64,000 nucleotides of DNA from Candidatus Hodarchaeota archaeon (GCA_048886685.1 JBHLKM010000010.1:87946-151945), one strand, 5' to 3'; shown: positions 10,089 through 20,402, counted from the stretch's first letter. A program made the numbers and translations. Notes: generated from the letters alone by a model not told the origin.

Positions 10089-10928
10089 ATGATGAAAGAA
10101 GCATTTGCATTTATAAATGGTGTTAATATTTGCTACGAGATCTATGGAGATGGAGATCCAGTATTATTAGTTCATGGATTTGGAGCAAAGAAGGAATCAT
10201 GGATTGCCCAAATAAGCCCTTTATCAAAGCATTTCAAAGTAATAAGATTCGATAACAGAGGCGCAGGAAAGTCGGATAGACCAGATGGTCCTTACACTAT
10301 GGAAATTTTCGCAGATGATATAAATTCATTATTAGATCATTTAGAAATTGAGAAAACCCATATCATTGGCTGGAGTTTAGGAGGGATGATTGTACAAAAT
10401 TTTATATTAAAATATCCTCAAAGGATTAACAAAATGGTGTTAATTAATACAAATTATGGTATACCTGATGAATCCGGGGCGGAAACATACAAAAATATGA
10501 GATTACAAAATTTAAAATTAAGCAAAGAAGATCCAGTTAAAACATTTTGGCAATCAATCCGAGCAGATTACCATTTCAAGTTTCGCAAGCAAATGGAAGT
10601 AGAACCTACAAAAAAGTGGTATGGTTTATGGTCAGCTGATGATCTAATCCAAGAGAGCATTATAGACCCCCCAACTGAGAAAGATATAATAGTTCAAGCT
10701 AAAGCACTGGCAACACACCATACTTTTGATAGATTACATGAAATTAAGAACGAAACATTACTGATAACTTCTACTCATGATAGAGTTACACCACAATCTG
10801 TTATGGAACAAATGCACGAGAAGATCTCAAATAGTACACTAAAAGTTATTGACAAAGCGGGTCATGGTTCACCCCGATCTCGAGCTCCAGAAATAAATCA
10901 AATGATAATAGAATTCTTAAAAAAGTAA
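10089..10928 (+). CDS. Alpha/beta hydrolase (paralogue 3)
   Basis: HGF, DNRGAGKS, GWSLG, STHD, GHGSP. Confidence 0.9.
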   Translation: MMKEAFAFINGVNICYEIYGDGDPVLLVHGFGAKKESWIAQISPLSKHFKVIRFDNRGAGKSDRPDGPYTMEIFADDINSLLDHLEIEKTHIIGWSLGGMIVQNFILKYPQRINKMVLINTNYGIPDESGAETYKNMRLQNLKLSKEDPVKTFWQSIRADYHFKFRKQMEVEPTKKWYGLWSADDLIQESIIDPPTEKDIIVQAKALATHHTFDRLHEIKNETLLITSTHDRVTPQSVMEQMHEKISNSTLKVIDKAGHGSPRSRAPEINQMIIEFLKK

Positions 10929-11060
10929 GTAATTAAAATCTCTAATTTTTTCAAGAGAATAAAGCTCTAGATAAGTTTAACGTTTTGAATTTAAAAATGG
11001 TAATTTTAATAATGAGGTTTAATTTTACGATTTAATTTAGTAATATTCTTTTTTCGAACT

Positions 11061-12341
11061 ATGAATCAAAAATCAACTAATCAATCACATAGACAAGCAC
11101 ATCCTACCAAGGTTAAGTACCCCGAATTAAGCCCTTTATGGATTGGATTACTCATTGATGTTTTAGGTTTTTATATAATTATTCCCTATTTACCTGCCCT
11201 GATTAAATTTTTCAATACTACCCCTTTCGTGATAGGATTATTGCTCTCAACAAATGCTATGTTTTCACTTTTTTCAGCACCTATGTGGGGCAGGTTAAGC
11301 GATAAATACGGAAGAAGACCAATGCTTTTAATCGCTGAAGCTGGTACATTTACAGCATTTTTAATTCTAGCTTTTTCAAGTTCACTTATGATGTTTTTTA
11401 TTGCACGAATAGTAGATGGTATTTTTGGTGGAAACTTTCCTCTTACAAAAGCAATAATTACAGATAGAGTCCCTCCAAAAGATAGAGGGCTTCAAATGAC
11501 GAATGTAGGCGTGGTTATGACTATAGCGGGACTCGTTGCCCCAGGATTGGGTGGATTTTTATCTGTATTTAAAATTTTTGGTCCAGATTATCCTATGGCG
11601 CTTCCAGGATTAGTCGCTACGGGATTTTCGTTTTTAACAATTATTACAACTATATTTTTTATAGAAGAATCTTGGCCAAAATCTAAAAGGGAAAAAGCAG
11701 AACAACATATCAAAATAAAAATTAACCTTAGGGACAACAAAGAAGCCCAGTATTTATTAACTCAATTTGCTCTCCACACATTTTCATTTATAATGTATGT
11801 ATCGACACTTGCTCTTTTTATCGGACTAATATTGGGGCTTGACACAATAGGAGTAAGTTTACTTCTAACTGTTTCAGGTGTATCAAGAGCTATTGTACGA
11901 TTCACATTATTTAAACCGACAATGAGAAAACTAGGTGAGAAGAAAATGAAGTTTATGGGATTGTCTATCTTAGTAGTGACATTCTTTCTTGTTGGAATAT
12001 TTGGTACGCTTTATTCAGAAATTTGGATTTTTATCATTCTAATGGTTTTCGCGAGTTATGGAGTTTCATGCTCAAGAGGAATTTTAATTAGTGATGTAAC
12101 TCAAACGGTTACGCCAAAAGAGATTGGAAAGATTAATGGATATACTACAACATTTGATAGTCTTGCTCAAATAGTAGGTCCTCTTCTTGGAGCATTCATA
12201 TTAGAAAATTTTGACCCCTTTTTTTTTGGATTCGTTATGTCGATGTTAGCTTTGGGAGCCTTCATTATGACTTTTAAAAGTGTTGTTCCATTAATGCAAA
12301 AAGAACAATTTAAAGAAATGGAGAAAACTATAGAGTTATAA
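11061..12341 (+). CDS. MFS transporter, DHA1/TetA-like
   Basis: Motif A GRLSDKYGRRP, RIVDGIFGG, 12 TM pattern. Confidence 0.9.
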   Translation: MNQKSTNQSHRQAHPTKVKYPELSPLWIGLLIDVLGFYIIIPYLPALIKFFNTTPFVIGLLLSTNAMFSLFSAPMWGRLSDKYGRRPMLLIAEAGTFTAFLILAFSSSLMMFFIARIVDGIFGGNFPLTKAIITDRVPPKDRGLQMTNVGVVMTIAGLVAPGLGGFLSVFKIFGPDYPMALPGLVATGFSFLTIITTIFFIEESWPKSKREKAEQHIKIKINLRDNKEAQYLLTQFALHTFSFIMYVSTLALFIGLILGLDTIGVSLLLTVSGVSRAIVRFTLFKPTMRKLGEKKMKFMGLSILVVTFFLVGIFGTLYSEIWIFIILMVFASYGVSCSRGILISDVTQTVTPKEIGKINGYTTTFDSLAQIVGPLLGAFILENFDPFFFGFVMSMLALGAFIMTFKSVVPLMQKEQFKEMEKTIEL

Positions 12342-12425
12342 ACTCTTTCATGGAGTCTATTTTTTTCTTTTTTAATAAAATGATTTCGGAATAATTTTTT
12401 AAAGATCTTTGTTAATTATTATATT

Positions 12426-13238
12426 ATGAAAAAAAGCGATGAGGGTAAACAAAACAATTCTTCACCTAAAGATAGCGAAGAGAAGACAGTAGAACTTCCG
12501 GCGTTTGACTTCTTTAAGATTAATTTCATTAGCTTTCTCTTCCCTCTATATGTTTGTTTGGGGCTTTTTCTACTATTTGAATATTGCTTCATTAATTTAT
12601 TTTCAATTCATCCTCTAATCCACTTTTTAATTTTACCAGGATTTCTTTTTCTATTATATTATATTTATTTAATCGTATTAATCGAATTCAGTGCTCTATG
12701 GACTCGGAGTTGGAATAAAAATTCTCCACCACAACAAGGTGTTTTTGCAAGAGTTCTCGATAATATAAACAGTCCGGAAGGAAAATTGATTAAATATTAC
12801 CATAAACGAGGCTTTATTATAAAATATCCCATGTGGTTAACATCAAAATCACCATTTCCTTGGCTGGTTAACCGGACACTTCGGAGAATAGGTCATAATA
12901 AAATAGGACAAAATGTAATTTATTGTGATAGTTATGTAGGATTAGAATTTACAGACCTTGGTGATAATGTTTTTATCTATCCTACTACGGGATTATCAAG
13001 TCACGCGGTGAACACGATTTTTGGAAAAATAACTATGATGGAAATGAAATTAGGAAGGAATACTACTATATATCCGGGTGATGTCGTAGGCCCAAATGTA
13101 ATAACAGAGGATAATAATGTAATTTATCCAAATACAGTTTTACATAAAAATTGGAGAGGAAAACCTGGAAAATCTTATTATCAAGGGAGCCCTGGTCGTC
13201 CTATTGAAGTAAAAGAACTAAATGAAAAAAATTCTTAA
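12426..13238 (+). CDS. Membrane-anchored protein with hexapeptide-repeat (left-handed beta-helix) acyltransferase-like domain
   Basis: Two N-terminal TM helices; KIGQNV, LGDNVFI, LGRNTTIYPG, YQGSPG. Confidence 0.6.
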   Translation: MKKSDEGKQNNSSPKDSEEKTVELPAFDFFKINFISFLFPLYVCLGLFLLFEYCFINLFSIHPLIHFLILPGFLFLLYYIYLIVLIEFSALWTRSWNKNSPPQQGVFARVLDNINSPEGKLIKYYHKRGFIIKYPMWLTSKSPFPWLVNRTLRRIGHNKIGQNVIYCDSYVGLEFTDLGDNVFIYPTTGLSSHAVNTIFGKITMMEMKLGRNTTIYPGDVVGPNVITEDNNVIYPNTVLHKNWRGKPGKSYYQGSPGRPIEVKELNEKNS

Positions 13239-14743
13239 TTTTTTGGGAATTTTCCATATTTTTGTAGAAATTCTCTATAACTATTTAATTTATCTAACAC
13301 ACTCCCTGCTAAATCCAAGCTTTCAAAAACGGGAACATTTCGATTCAAGAGTTTTAGTTTAAATTTATATCTACTCTTATATTCCTCAAAACCTTCATTT
13401 ATTTTAAGCATGACACAATACATAGGTTTAGTGCTAACGCTTTTTGCTTTTGAAATATATCTAATAAACTCTCTATTCAAATCTACCATCTCAAATCCTT
13501 GGATTACCTTATGGGAACGAAACATTTCTTCCATTAATTTTTGAAAATTTCCAAATCTTTCAGGATCCTTAATGAATACAATCGAAGAAATATTCGGATC
13601 TTTATTCAAAGCCATTATCGTACGGTAATAAATATTTGGTTGAATACCTGCACCACCCAAGTCCAGTGGGTTTGTAACGTTAGTATTAACATCTGGTAAA
13701 AACCTTTTCATTTTGCTAATAGTTTTCTCAGATAACATAGGGATTTTTAAATTATTTTTTTCAAGAATATCAATAGCTTCTATGGTTGAACCTCCACCTA
13801 TCCCAATAACACCGACATTTCTAGAATCTGGTAAACTTGTCAAGTTAAAAGCTGAAGCTAATGCTGCTAATTCATTGGAATTGCTTACGATGCAACTACC
13901 TGTTTGTTTACCTACAGTCTTCCACATTTCATTATTTCCCGCTAGTCCACCAGTATGAGATAATATTGCTTTTTTTGTAGCCTCACCGTATCCTGCCCTC
14001 CAAAGTATTACTGGTTTCCGATTTAAATTGCATTCTTTCACCGCTTTCATGAATTGTCTTCCTTGTTTTATAGATCTTAAATTCTCAACATATAGTCCTA
14101 TAATTTTTGTATATTCATCCTGATTAAAGTATTCTAAAAATTCTACTGGTGATAAATCTAAAGCATTTCCAATTGATATAAATTTAGAAACATATAAGCC
14201 GTATGAAACAGCCAATTGTGACATATTTTGGGCAATTCCGCCTGATTGAAAGACTCCTGAAAAATTACCTGCCTTCCTAGATTGAGAAAAAGCAAAGTGA
14301 AGACCTGCCTTTGGATTATAAACTCCTAAACAATTCGGACCAATAATTCTTACATTATATCGTTTCGCGACACTTAAGAGTTCCTGTTCAAGATCTTCTT
14401 TACCAACTTCACGAAATCCTGATGCAAAAACTGTTACAAAGGGAACCCCTTTTTTACCAATCTCTTCCATTAGTTCAGGACATAATCGGGCAGGTATAGC
14501 TAAGATTACATAATCTATTGGTTCTTCAATATCTAAGATCGAACTATAAATTTTATATCCAAATATTTCTTGACCAGTGAATTTAGGATTAAATAAATAT
14601 ATTGGCCTCTTAAACTTTCCTCTCATGCATCTAAGAAAGAAAGTCCCTCCTCTAAAGTCGGGTGATACTCCTATAACTCCTATTGCTCTTGGAAAAAATA
14701 ATCTTTCAAAGTCAATGTTGTTTAATTTTTTCACGTCAGACAT
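13235..14743 (-). CDS. Acyl-CoA synthetase (NDP-forming), CoA-binding subunit
   Basis: PRAIGVIG, IIGPNCLG, QSGG, SHTG, NPLDLG. Confidence 0.88.
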   Translation of the reverse strand: MSDVKKLNNIDFERLFFPRAIGVIGVSPDFRGGTFFLRCMRGKFKRPIYLFNPKFTGQEIFGYKIYSSILDIEEPIDYVILAIPARLCPELMEEIGKKGVPFVTVFASGFREVGKEDLEQELLSVAKRYNVRIIGPNCLGVYNPKAGLHFAFSQSRKAGNFSGVFQSGGIAQNMSQLAVSYGLYVSKFISIGNALDLSPVEFLEYFNQDEYTKIIGLYVENLRSIKQGRQFMKAVKECNLNRKPVILWRAGYGEATKKAILSHTGGLAGNNEMWKTVGKQTGSCIVSNSNELAALASAFNLTSLPDSRNVGVIGIGGGSTIEAIDILEKNNLKIPMLSEKTISKMKRFLPDVNTNVTNPLDLGGAGIQPNIYYRTIMALNKDPNISSIVFIKDPERFGNFQKLMEEMFRSHKVIQGFEMVDLNREFIRYISKAKSVSTKPMYCVMLKINEGFEEYKSRYKFKLKLLNRNVPVFESLDLAGSVLDKLNSYREFLQKYGKFPKN

Positions 14744-14893
14744 GGTATTCTGATTTAAATTTACAATAAAAGATAATTTATGTAGATTAATTAATAATTC
14801 CTAAAATATTTTAGTGTTTTGGTCTCAAAGATGTGATTTGAATATTAACTCAATGTGTTTTAATTAATAATTTCTTTTATTAGGGAACGATTG

Positions 14894-15621
14894 TTAACCT
14901 ATTTCATCTAAAATCTTTTTAACTTTATCAACTTCATTAGTAATAATTCCATCAATACCCAAATTTATTAATCTTTTAATTTTTGACTCAGAATTGACCG
15001 TCCATGGGAAAATTTTAAGATTGTTATTATGAGCTCTAGTGATAAATTTCTGAGTTATAAGTTTGTAGAACGGATTAACCGCATAAAATTTATTTTTAAT
15101 TGCTAAACTGAGTAATTTCTTCCTTGACAACCAACTTTTCATCCATCCAATTCGTGTTGGCCCCAACGATGCCAATTTAATTCCTGGTTCTAATTTATGA
15201 ATTGTTAACAAAACATCATGTTTAAAAGAACTAATTATTGTGGTATTTATTAAATTTGATTCCCTTAGTATTTTAACAATCTTTTCAGCAATTCCTCTTA
15301 CCTTTATCTCGCAATTTAATTTAATTTTCTCTTTAGCTAATTCAATTAATTCATGCAATGTTGGAATTGATTCACCCTCACCGCAGTCAAGTTTTTTTAA
15401 CTCTTCAAGAGTCATTTTTTTTATTATCCCAAACTGTCCTGTTGTTCTAAGGGTATTACCATCATGCATTATAACTATTTCTCCATCTTTACTTTGGTGT
15501 ACATCAAACTCAATGTAATCTGCATTTAGTTCTATTGCCTTTTCAAAAGCTTTTAGGGTATTTTCTGGAGCAATATTGCTGGCTCCCCTATGAGCAACTA
15601 TTAAAACATTTTTATTTCCAT
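14894..15621 (-). CDS. Glycerophosphodiester phosphodiesterase (apparent 1-nt frameshift after codon 2, or non-canonical start)
   Basis: The frame extends upstream of the track start to VLIVAHRGASNIAPENT...EFDVHQSKDG; also EIK, SSF, WTVN, DGIITN. The nearest plausible ATG (15621) is out of frame by 1 nt. Confidence 0.85.
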
Positions 15622-16039
15622 GAGGTAGGATGGGCGATTCCCCTTTCTACTTTATTTTTCTTAAATTTATTTATAAAAAATAAATGTTTTATAATTTTTT
15701 TATTTATTTTTTAAAGGAATGCGCTAAAAAAGTGAATTTTAAGGCTCTATTTATTTAATTAGACAATCATTTTAATAAATTCAGAATTTTATTTTCATTA
15801 AATTCTCGTTAACTCAGAATTTTTTGAGCTCTATTTTTTGCACAAACTTAATTGGAAATTAATAATTCAAACATAAAATTTTTAAATGTGTTTTGGCAAC
15901 AGATAATCTAGATAAAAGTTAAATTTATAAGTGGTTTTTATTTTTTATATTTCTGACATAATTAGAAATAACCTAAAAAACAAAAAGTTTAAAAGTATAA
16001 AAAGACACATTACAGAATTAGGGTGCAACGTAAGAAATT

Positions 16040-16291
16040 ATGAAATTTTGCGACAATTGCGGAAATATGCTTATCCCAAAAAATGGAAAACTATATTGTA
16101 AAGCCTGTGAAGAGGAATTCGACTTAGGTAAAAATCAAGAGGAATATAAAATCCAAAAGAAAATCCGTCACGACGAAAAAGAATCTGCTCCGATAATTAT
16201 AAAGGAGGGATTAAGAGGAGAAAGAATATCTAGCGACGATCGAAAAGCATATGAAGACCTGTTTAGTGGAAGTGAAGCAGATGGTTACTAA
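16040..16291 (+). CDS. RpoM/TFS-like Zn-ribbon protein, N-terminal ribbon only
   Basis: MKFCDNCGNML...LYCKAC matches the TFS/RPB9 N-ribbon; there is no C-terminal ribbon or DE hairpin. Confidence 0.8.
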   Translation: MKFCDNCGNMLIPKNGKLYCKACEEEFDLGKNQEEYKIQKKIRHDEKESAPIIIKEGLRGERISSDDRKAYEDLFSGSEADGY

Positions 16292-16496
16292 TTCAGTCTT
16301 TCTTCACAGAATTAGAGTTAGATCACTTATTCTTCCTTAATAAAAAAAAATCGTATTCTTTATAGATGTTTTAATATTTCTTTAACTCAAGTTTTAAATT
16401 ATTTATACTAATACGGGATAATTTCAGTATTTAAATTAGTTGAGATTTAAACTGAAAATATTAGAAAAAATATAATCTTATTATTTACTGATTAGA

Positions 16497-16892
16497 ATGA
16501 CTGAAGAAAAAAAGAAGAAACTCCGTGGTTTTGCAGGGATTGTATCTAAATTAATTTTACCTCTAAATGAAAACAAAAAATTTAAAGAAAGATTCAAGGA
16601 TACTGAAGTTAAAGTTCTATTGAATGCCAAAGATGGAAAATATGCAGCATTGCTAGTAATAGATAAAGGTACTATTCATGTAGAGGGAATGAAAAATATA
16701 CCTAAAAAGGATTTAAAAAAGAAAGTTGTTGGGTGGAATGGGCTATTACAAACAAAAACTTCGGTTTTTTTGGAGATTCTTGAAGGAGATAATATAAAAA
16801 TAGGAAAAGTTGTATGGAAAATTCTAACTTTTAGAATAAAAATAAGAGGAATAAAACATGTACTTATCCTACTCCAATTGTTTAACTTATAA
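16497..16892 (+). CDS. SCP2 (sterol carrier)-like lipid-binding protein
   Basis: Size and pattern (LVIDKGTIHV ... FLEILEG ... RIKIRG) resemble the SCP2 fold. Confidence 0.55.
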   Translation: MTEEKKKKLRGFAGIVSKLILPLNENKKFKERFKDTEVKVLLNAKDGKYAALLVIDKGTIHVEGMKNIPKKDLKKKVVGWNGLLQTKTSVFLEILEGDNIKIGKVVWKILTFRIKIRGIKHVLILLQLFNL

Positions 16893-16909
16893 CATACATA
16901 TTGCAAACC

Positions 16910-17332
16910 TTATAAGAAAATACTAACTAAAGAATTCATTTTTTCTCTAAGTTTTTCCTTATTTTTCTCATCTTTTAATGAGTTGAGGATTACATCCTTA
17001 TCATTATTGGATATTGAGGGAAAATTTTCAAGAAATTCTCTTAAATAGATGATTTTTTTTGTAGGTTTTTCTTGAATTTTTGAAATAAAATTATCAACTA
17101 GATTTTGCAAAATATTTGCTTGTTCTTTTCCTTTGGTATGTAAATGTTCTCCTTTAGTTTTTTCTATTTCTTGTAAAATACTATTGGATTCAATTATATC
17201 ACTCATAATATTCTTAAGAGTCTCATTTCTTGATAAAATTGATAACATAGAAAGGTATTTTTCTAAATCTAAATTTTTTTTCTCAATATCTTTAATCATA
17301 TTGAGAATTTCATCCTTTTTTCCTCTTTCCAT
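16910..17332 (-). CDS. Hypothetical helical protein
   Basis: 140-aa ORF fills the gap between genes and has typical composition. Confidence 0.55.
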   Translation of the reverse strand: MERGKKDEILNMIKDIEKKNLDLEKYLSMLSILSRNETLKNIMSDIIESNSILQEIEKTKGEHLHTKGKEQANILQNLVDNFISKIQEKPTKKIIYLREFLENFPSISNNDKDVILNSLKDEKNKEKLREKMNSLVSIFL

Positions 17333-17391
17333 ATATAAATTAAGTTTTCTCTAAATTTTTAAATTTAACTGAAAATAATTGTTAAATAGAA

Positions 17392-18123
17392 ATGCTTGAG
17401 ATTAGAAAAGAAAAGGTAAGAAAATTCCAAGAATTTATAGATTACAAGTTTAATAATGAAAAACTTCTGGTTGAAGCATTAACTACCCCAAGGCTGGGAA
17501 ACGAATTAAGGAAACCTAATTATGAATTTTTAGAAATACTAGGAGATGCTGTTATTAAAATTATTTTCATATTAAAATTATATTCTCTAGGGATAAAAGA
17601 TCCTGGTACTATTACAAAAATAAAAGCTTCCTTAGAAAGCGATAAATCCTTAAGAAAAGTTGCACATAAAATGAATTTAAAAGAGTTTGTATTAAAAACT
17701 GAGAAGCAGACAGTTAAAGGAACAAGAATATTAGCTGATATATTCGAAGCAATATGTGGTGCAATTTTTTTGGATTCGAAGAATAACTATACTATTGTTG
17801 AAGAAAAAATGATTAATCCTTTCTATACGGATTTAGATTCTATTATTGATGATTCAGTATTAAATAATAAAAATGTATTATTAGAATTCTTACAGGAAAA
17901 ATTCAAAACTAGTATTGTCATTAAACTTGAGTATAAAAAAGGTGGTTATGAGCATGAGCCAATTTGGGTAGCCAAAAATCCTCAAATTATTAAGAAGAAT
18001 ACCCAAGAGTTATTAATTAATCTCCCTAAAGATCTTAAATCTAATGAATTTGGAAATAAAAAGGATGCTGAAAAGGATATTTACCTCAAAATCTTAAAAT
18101 ATTTAAAAATGAGAGAAAGTTAA
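17392..18123 (+). CDS. rnc: Ribonuclease III (catalytic domain plus dsRBD-like C-terminus)
   Basis: NYEFLEILGDAVI signature, LADIFEAICGAIFLD, dsRBD-like NKNVLLEFLQ...GNKKDAEKD. Confidence 0.88.
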   Translation: MLEIRKEKVRKFQEFIDYKFNNEKLLVEALTTPRLGNELRKPNYEFLEILGDAVIKIIFILKLYSLGIKDPGTITKIKASLESDKSLRKVAHKMNLKEFVLKTEKQTVKGTRILADIFEAICGAIFLDSKNNYTIVEEKMINPFYTDLDSIIDDSVLNNKNVLLEFLQEKFKTSIVIKLEYKKGGYEHEPIWVAKNPQIIKKNTQELLINLPKDLKSNEFGNKKDAEKDIYLKILKYLKMRES

Positions 18124-18183
18124 ACGGTTCCAATTTTAATTTTATATATTTTGTTTTTAGAAGGAATAATAAATCTGATTTTT

Positions 18184-18768
18184 TCAATTCTCTTTTAAGA
18201 ATTCAACTAATTTTTCTAAAGCTTGGCCTCTATGTGAGATTTTATTTTTTTCTTCTATAGATAACTCAGCAAAAGTTTTATCTGGAATGACATTTGGGAT
18301 GAATATAGGATCAAATCCAAATCCTCCTTTACCTCTGATAGCATTGGATACTTTTCCTTCAACTTTTCCTTCAAAAATTAAAGTTTTATCACTTGGTTTA
18401 AAATATAATGCAATCACTGCTAAGAAATGAGCTGATGAGTTACTAAAATCATTAATTAATTTAAGTACCCCCTCATTCCCGATAGTTTGTAAGACATATG
18501 AAGAATATACTCCAGGAAATCCATTAAGTGGCTTATCTACAAAAAAACCAGCATCTTCTATGAAGAAAGAACCTTCTAAATGACATCTTACACTATTTAA
18601 TTTAAATAAAGCTACATCTTTAATTGTTTTTGCTTGGATTTCAGTTGTTTTGATATCTCTTTGTTTTAAAGCATACTTTATATTCTTTTGCTTAAAAAAT
18701 GTCGAAAATTCTCGGAATTTATATGCATTTCCCGTAATAAAGTAAACAGTGTTTTCATCATTGTTCAT
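18184..18768 (-). CDS. rdgB: Non-canonical purine NTP pyrophosphatase (Ham1/RdgB)
   Basis: ITGNAYK, EDAG, LNGFPGVYS, GFGFDPIF, KISHRG. Confidence 0.95.
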   Translation of the reverse strand: MNNDENTVYFITGNAYKFREFSTFFKQKNIKYALKQRDIKTTEIQAKTIKDVALFKLNSVRCHLEGSFFIEDAGFFVDKPLNGFPGVYSSYVLQTIGNEGVLKLINDFSNSSAHFLAVIALYFKPSDKTLIFEGKVEGKVSNAIRGKGGFGFDPIFIPNVIPDKTFAELSIEEKNKISHRGQALEKLVEFLKEN

Positions 18769-18993
18769 ATATATTATAATTATGCTATATTTTTAGTTAT
18801 TTTTTAAATTTAAATAAGAAGCTCAATAAAGATATTTTGATTTCAGTTTTAATTACCAATTAATTTTTTGATCTTGAAAATAAATTTAGTGCTTTTCCAC
18901 AGCTTCATCCAAAACTTTATTTTGTATATTTCTTTATTTATGGTATATTATTATTTTAAAAATCTGTAAAGAAAGAGATTAGATGAGCGAAAA

Positions 18994-19452
18994 ATGGCTC
19001 GGATGCATAGCAGAAAGAAAGGACAAAGTGGTTCCACGAGACCTGCCAGACTGGAGAAACCAGTTTGGGTGGAATTAAGCCCTGATGAAGTTGAAAATGA
19101 GGTTGTCAAGTTAGCTAGAAGAGGACATTCAAAATCAATGATAGGTACTATTATGAGGGATTCTCGTGGAGTTCCCTTAGTTAAAGTTGTTACGGGTAAA
19201 AAAGTAAGTCAAATTCTTGAATCAAATGATATAAAAGATCCACTTCCAGAAGACTTAACCAATTTAATAAGAAAAGCTTTAAATATTAGAAAACATCTCG
19301 AGAACAATCATAAAGATCTAGAAACTAAGAAGGGATTAAATAGAACAGAATCTAAAATATATCGCCTTATAAAATATTATAAAAAGAAAAAAGTATTAGC
19401 TGCCGATTTTAGATATGATCCAGATAAAATCAGAACTTTAGTTGCACGTTAA
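18994..19452 (+). CDS. rps15: 30S ribosomal protein uS15 (S15P/S13e)
   Basis: MARMHSRKKGQSGS, LPEDLTNLIRKA, ESKIYRLIKYY. Confidence 0.97.
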   Translation: MARMHSRKKGQSGSTRPARLEKPVWVELSPDEVENEVVKLARRGHSKSMIGTIMRDSRGVPLVKVVTGKKVSQILESNDIKDPLPEDLTNLIRKALNIRKHLENNHKDLETKKGLNRTESKIYRLIKYYKKKKVLAADFRYDPDKIRTLVAR

Positions 19453-19466
19453 GGGGAGGATTTACT

Positions 19467-20240
19467 GTGAGTTCAAGAGCAAGAAAAAAAAAACCAAAAA
19501 TTAAGAAAGTTACTTTTAAAGATAAATCTTGGTACCAGATAATAACACCGAAAATATTTAATTTTAAACCGATTGGTGAAATTTTAGGTGTCGAAGATAA
19601 TGTAATAGGAAGAACCATCGAAACTCTTCTTTTTGACTTCACTGGAAAATATACTGATATTAGTTTAAAGTTAAAATTTCAAGTTAATGATGTTAATAAT
19701 GAAGCAAGAAAATGTAACGCTATTTTTATTGGTCATCAATACACAAATGATTTCATTCGTTCACTAATCGGTAGAGGTAGTTCAAAAATACAGACTATAT
19801 TAAATTTAACTACTAAAGATGGATACATTTTTCGAATTACTACAATATGTACAACTTTAAAAAGAGCGAGAAATTCCCAAATTGTTTTGATTCGAAAAAT
19901 AATGAGAGAGATTTTATGGGAATTTGCAAAATCACTTAATCATGAGAAATTTATAGCAGGTGTAATTTATGGTGAATTTCAAAATCAAATACGTAGAGTG
20001 GCTAAAACAATCTACCCTTTAACCAACTGTGTGGTAGTTAAGAGTAAACTTCTCTCTATTCCTGAAGGTGGGGAAGATAGGATAGTACCAGATGATCAAT
20101 TCGATATTGTTGAAGTAGATATTAAAAGATCTCGAAAATCAGAAATAAGACGCTCTGAAAGAATAAATGTTAAGAAACTTGCTCAAACTAAAACTTCTAC
20201 TTCAGGGGATACAGATAATAACGAGGATGACGTAGAATAG
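19467..20240 (+). CDS. rps3ae: 30S ribosomal protein eS1 (S3Ae)
   Basis: KSWYQIITP, IGRTIE, TTKDGY, KTIYPL; GTG start after GGAGG. Confidence 0.92.
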   Translation: MSSRARKKKPKIKKVTFKDKSWYQIITPKIFNFKPIGEILGVEDNVIGRTIETLLFDFTGKYTDISLKLKFQVNDVNNEARKCNAIFIGHQYTNDFIRSLIGRGSSKIQTILNLTTKDGYIFRITTICTTLKRARNSQIVLIRKIMREILWEFAKSLNHEKFIAGVIYGEFQNQIRRVAKTIYPLTNCVVVKSKLLSIPEGGEDRIVPDDQFDIVEVDIKRSRKSEIRRSERINVKKLAQTKTSTSGDTDNNEDDVE

Positions 20241-20402
20241 CCTAATCCCTAATAAAACTATTACTTAATCTAAAATATCAATAAAATTAAGAATAAACTT
20301 CATTTTACACATAAAGTAATTTATTCTTAAAATCATATATTTATATAAAATCTATTCTATTATTTTTATAGCCCGTAAATTATTAAGAATTAGGGAAAAA
20401 TT

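Noticed and set aside
15625-15650. Fluoride riboswitch
   Set aside because: Only superficial GATGG similarity; the downstream pseudoknot partner is missing and the orientation is wrong for the adjacent gene.
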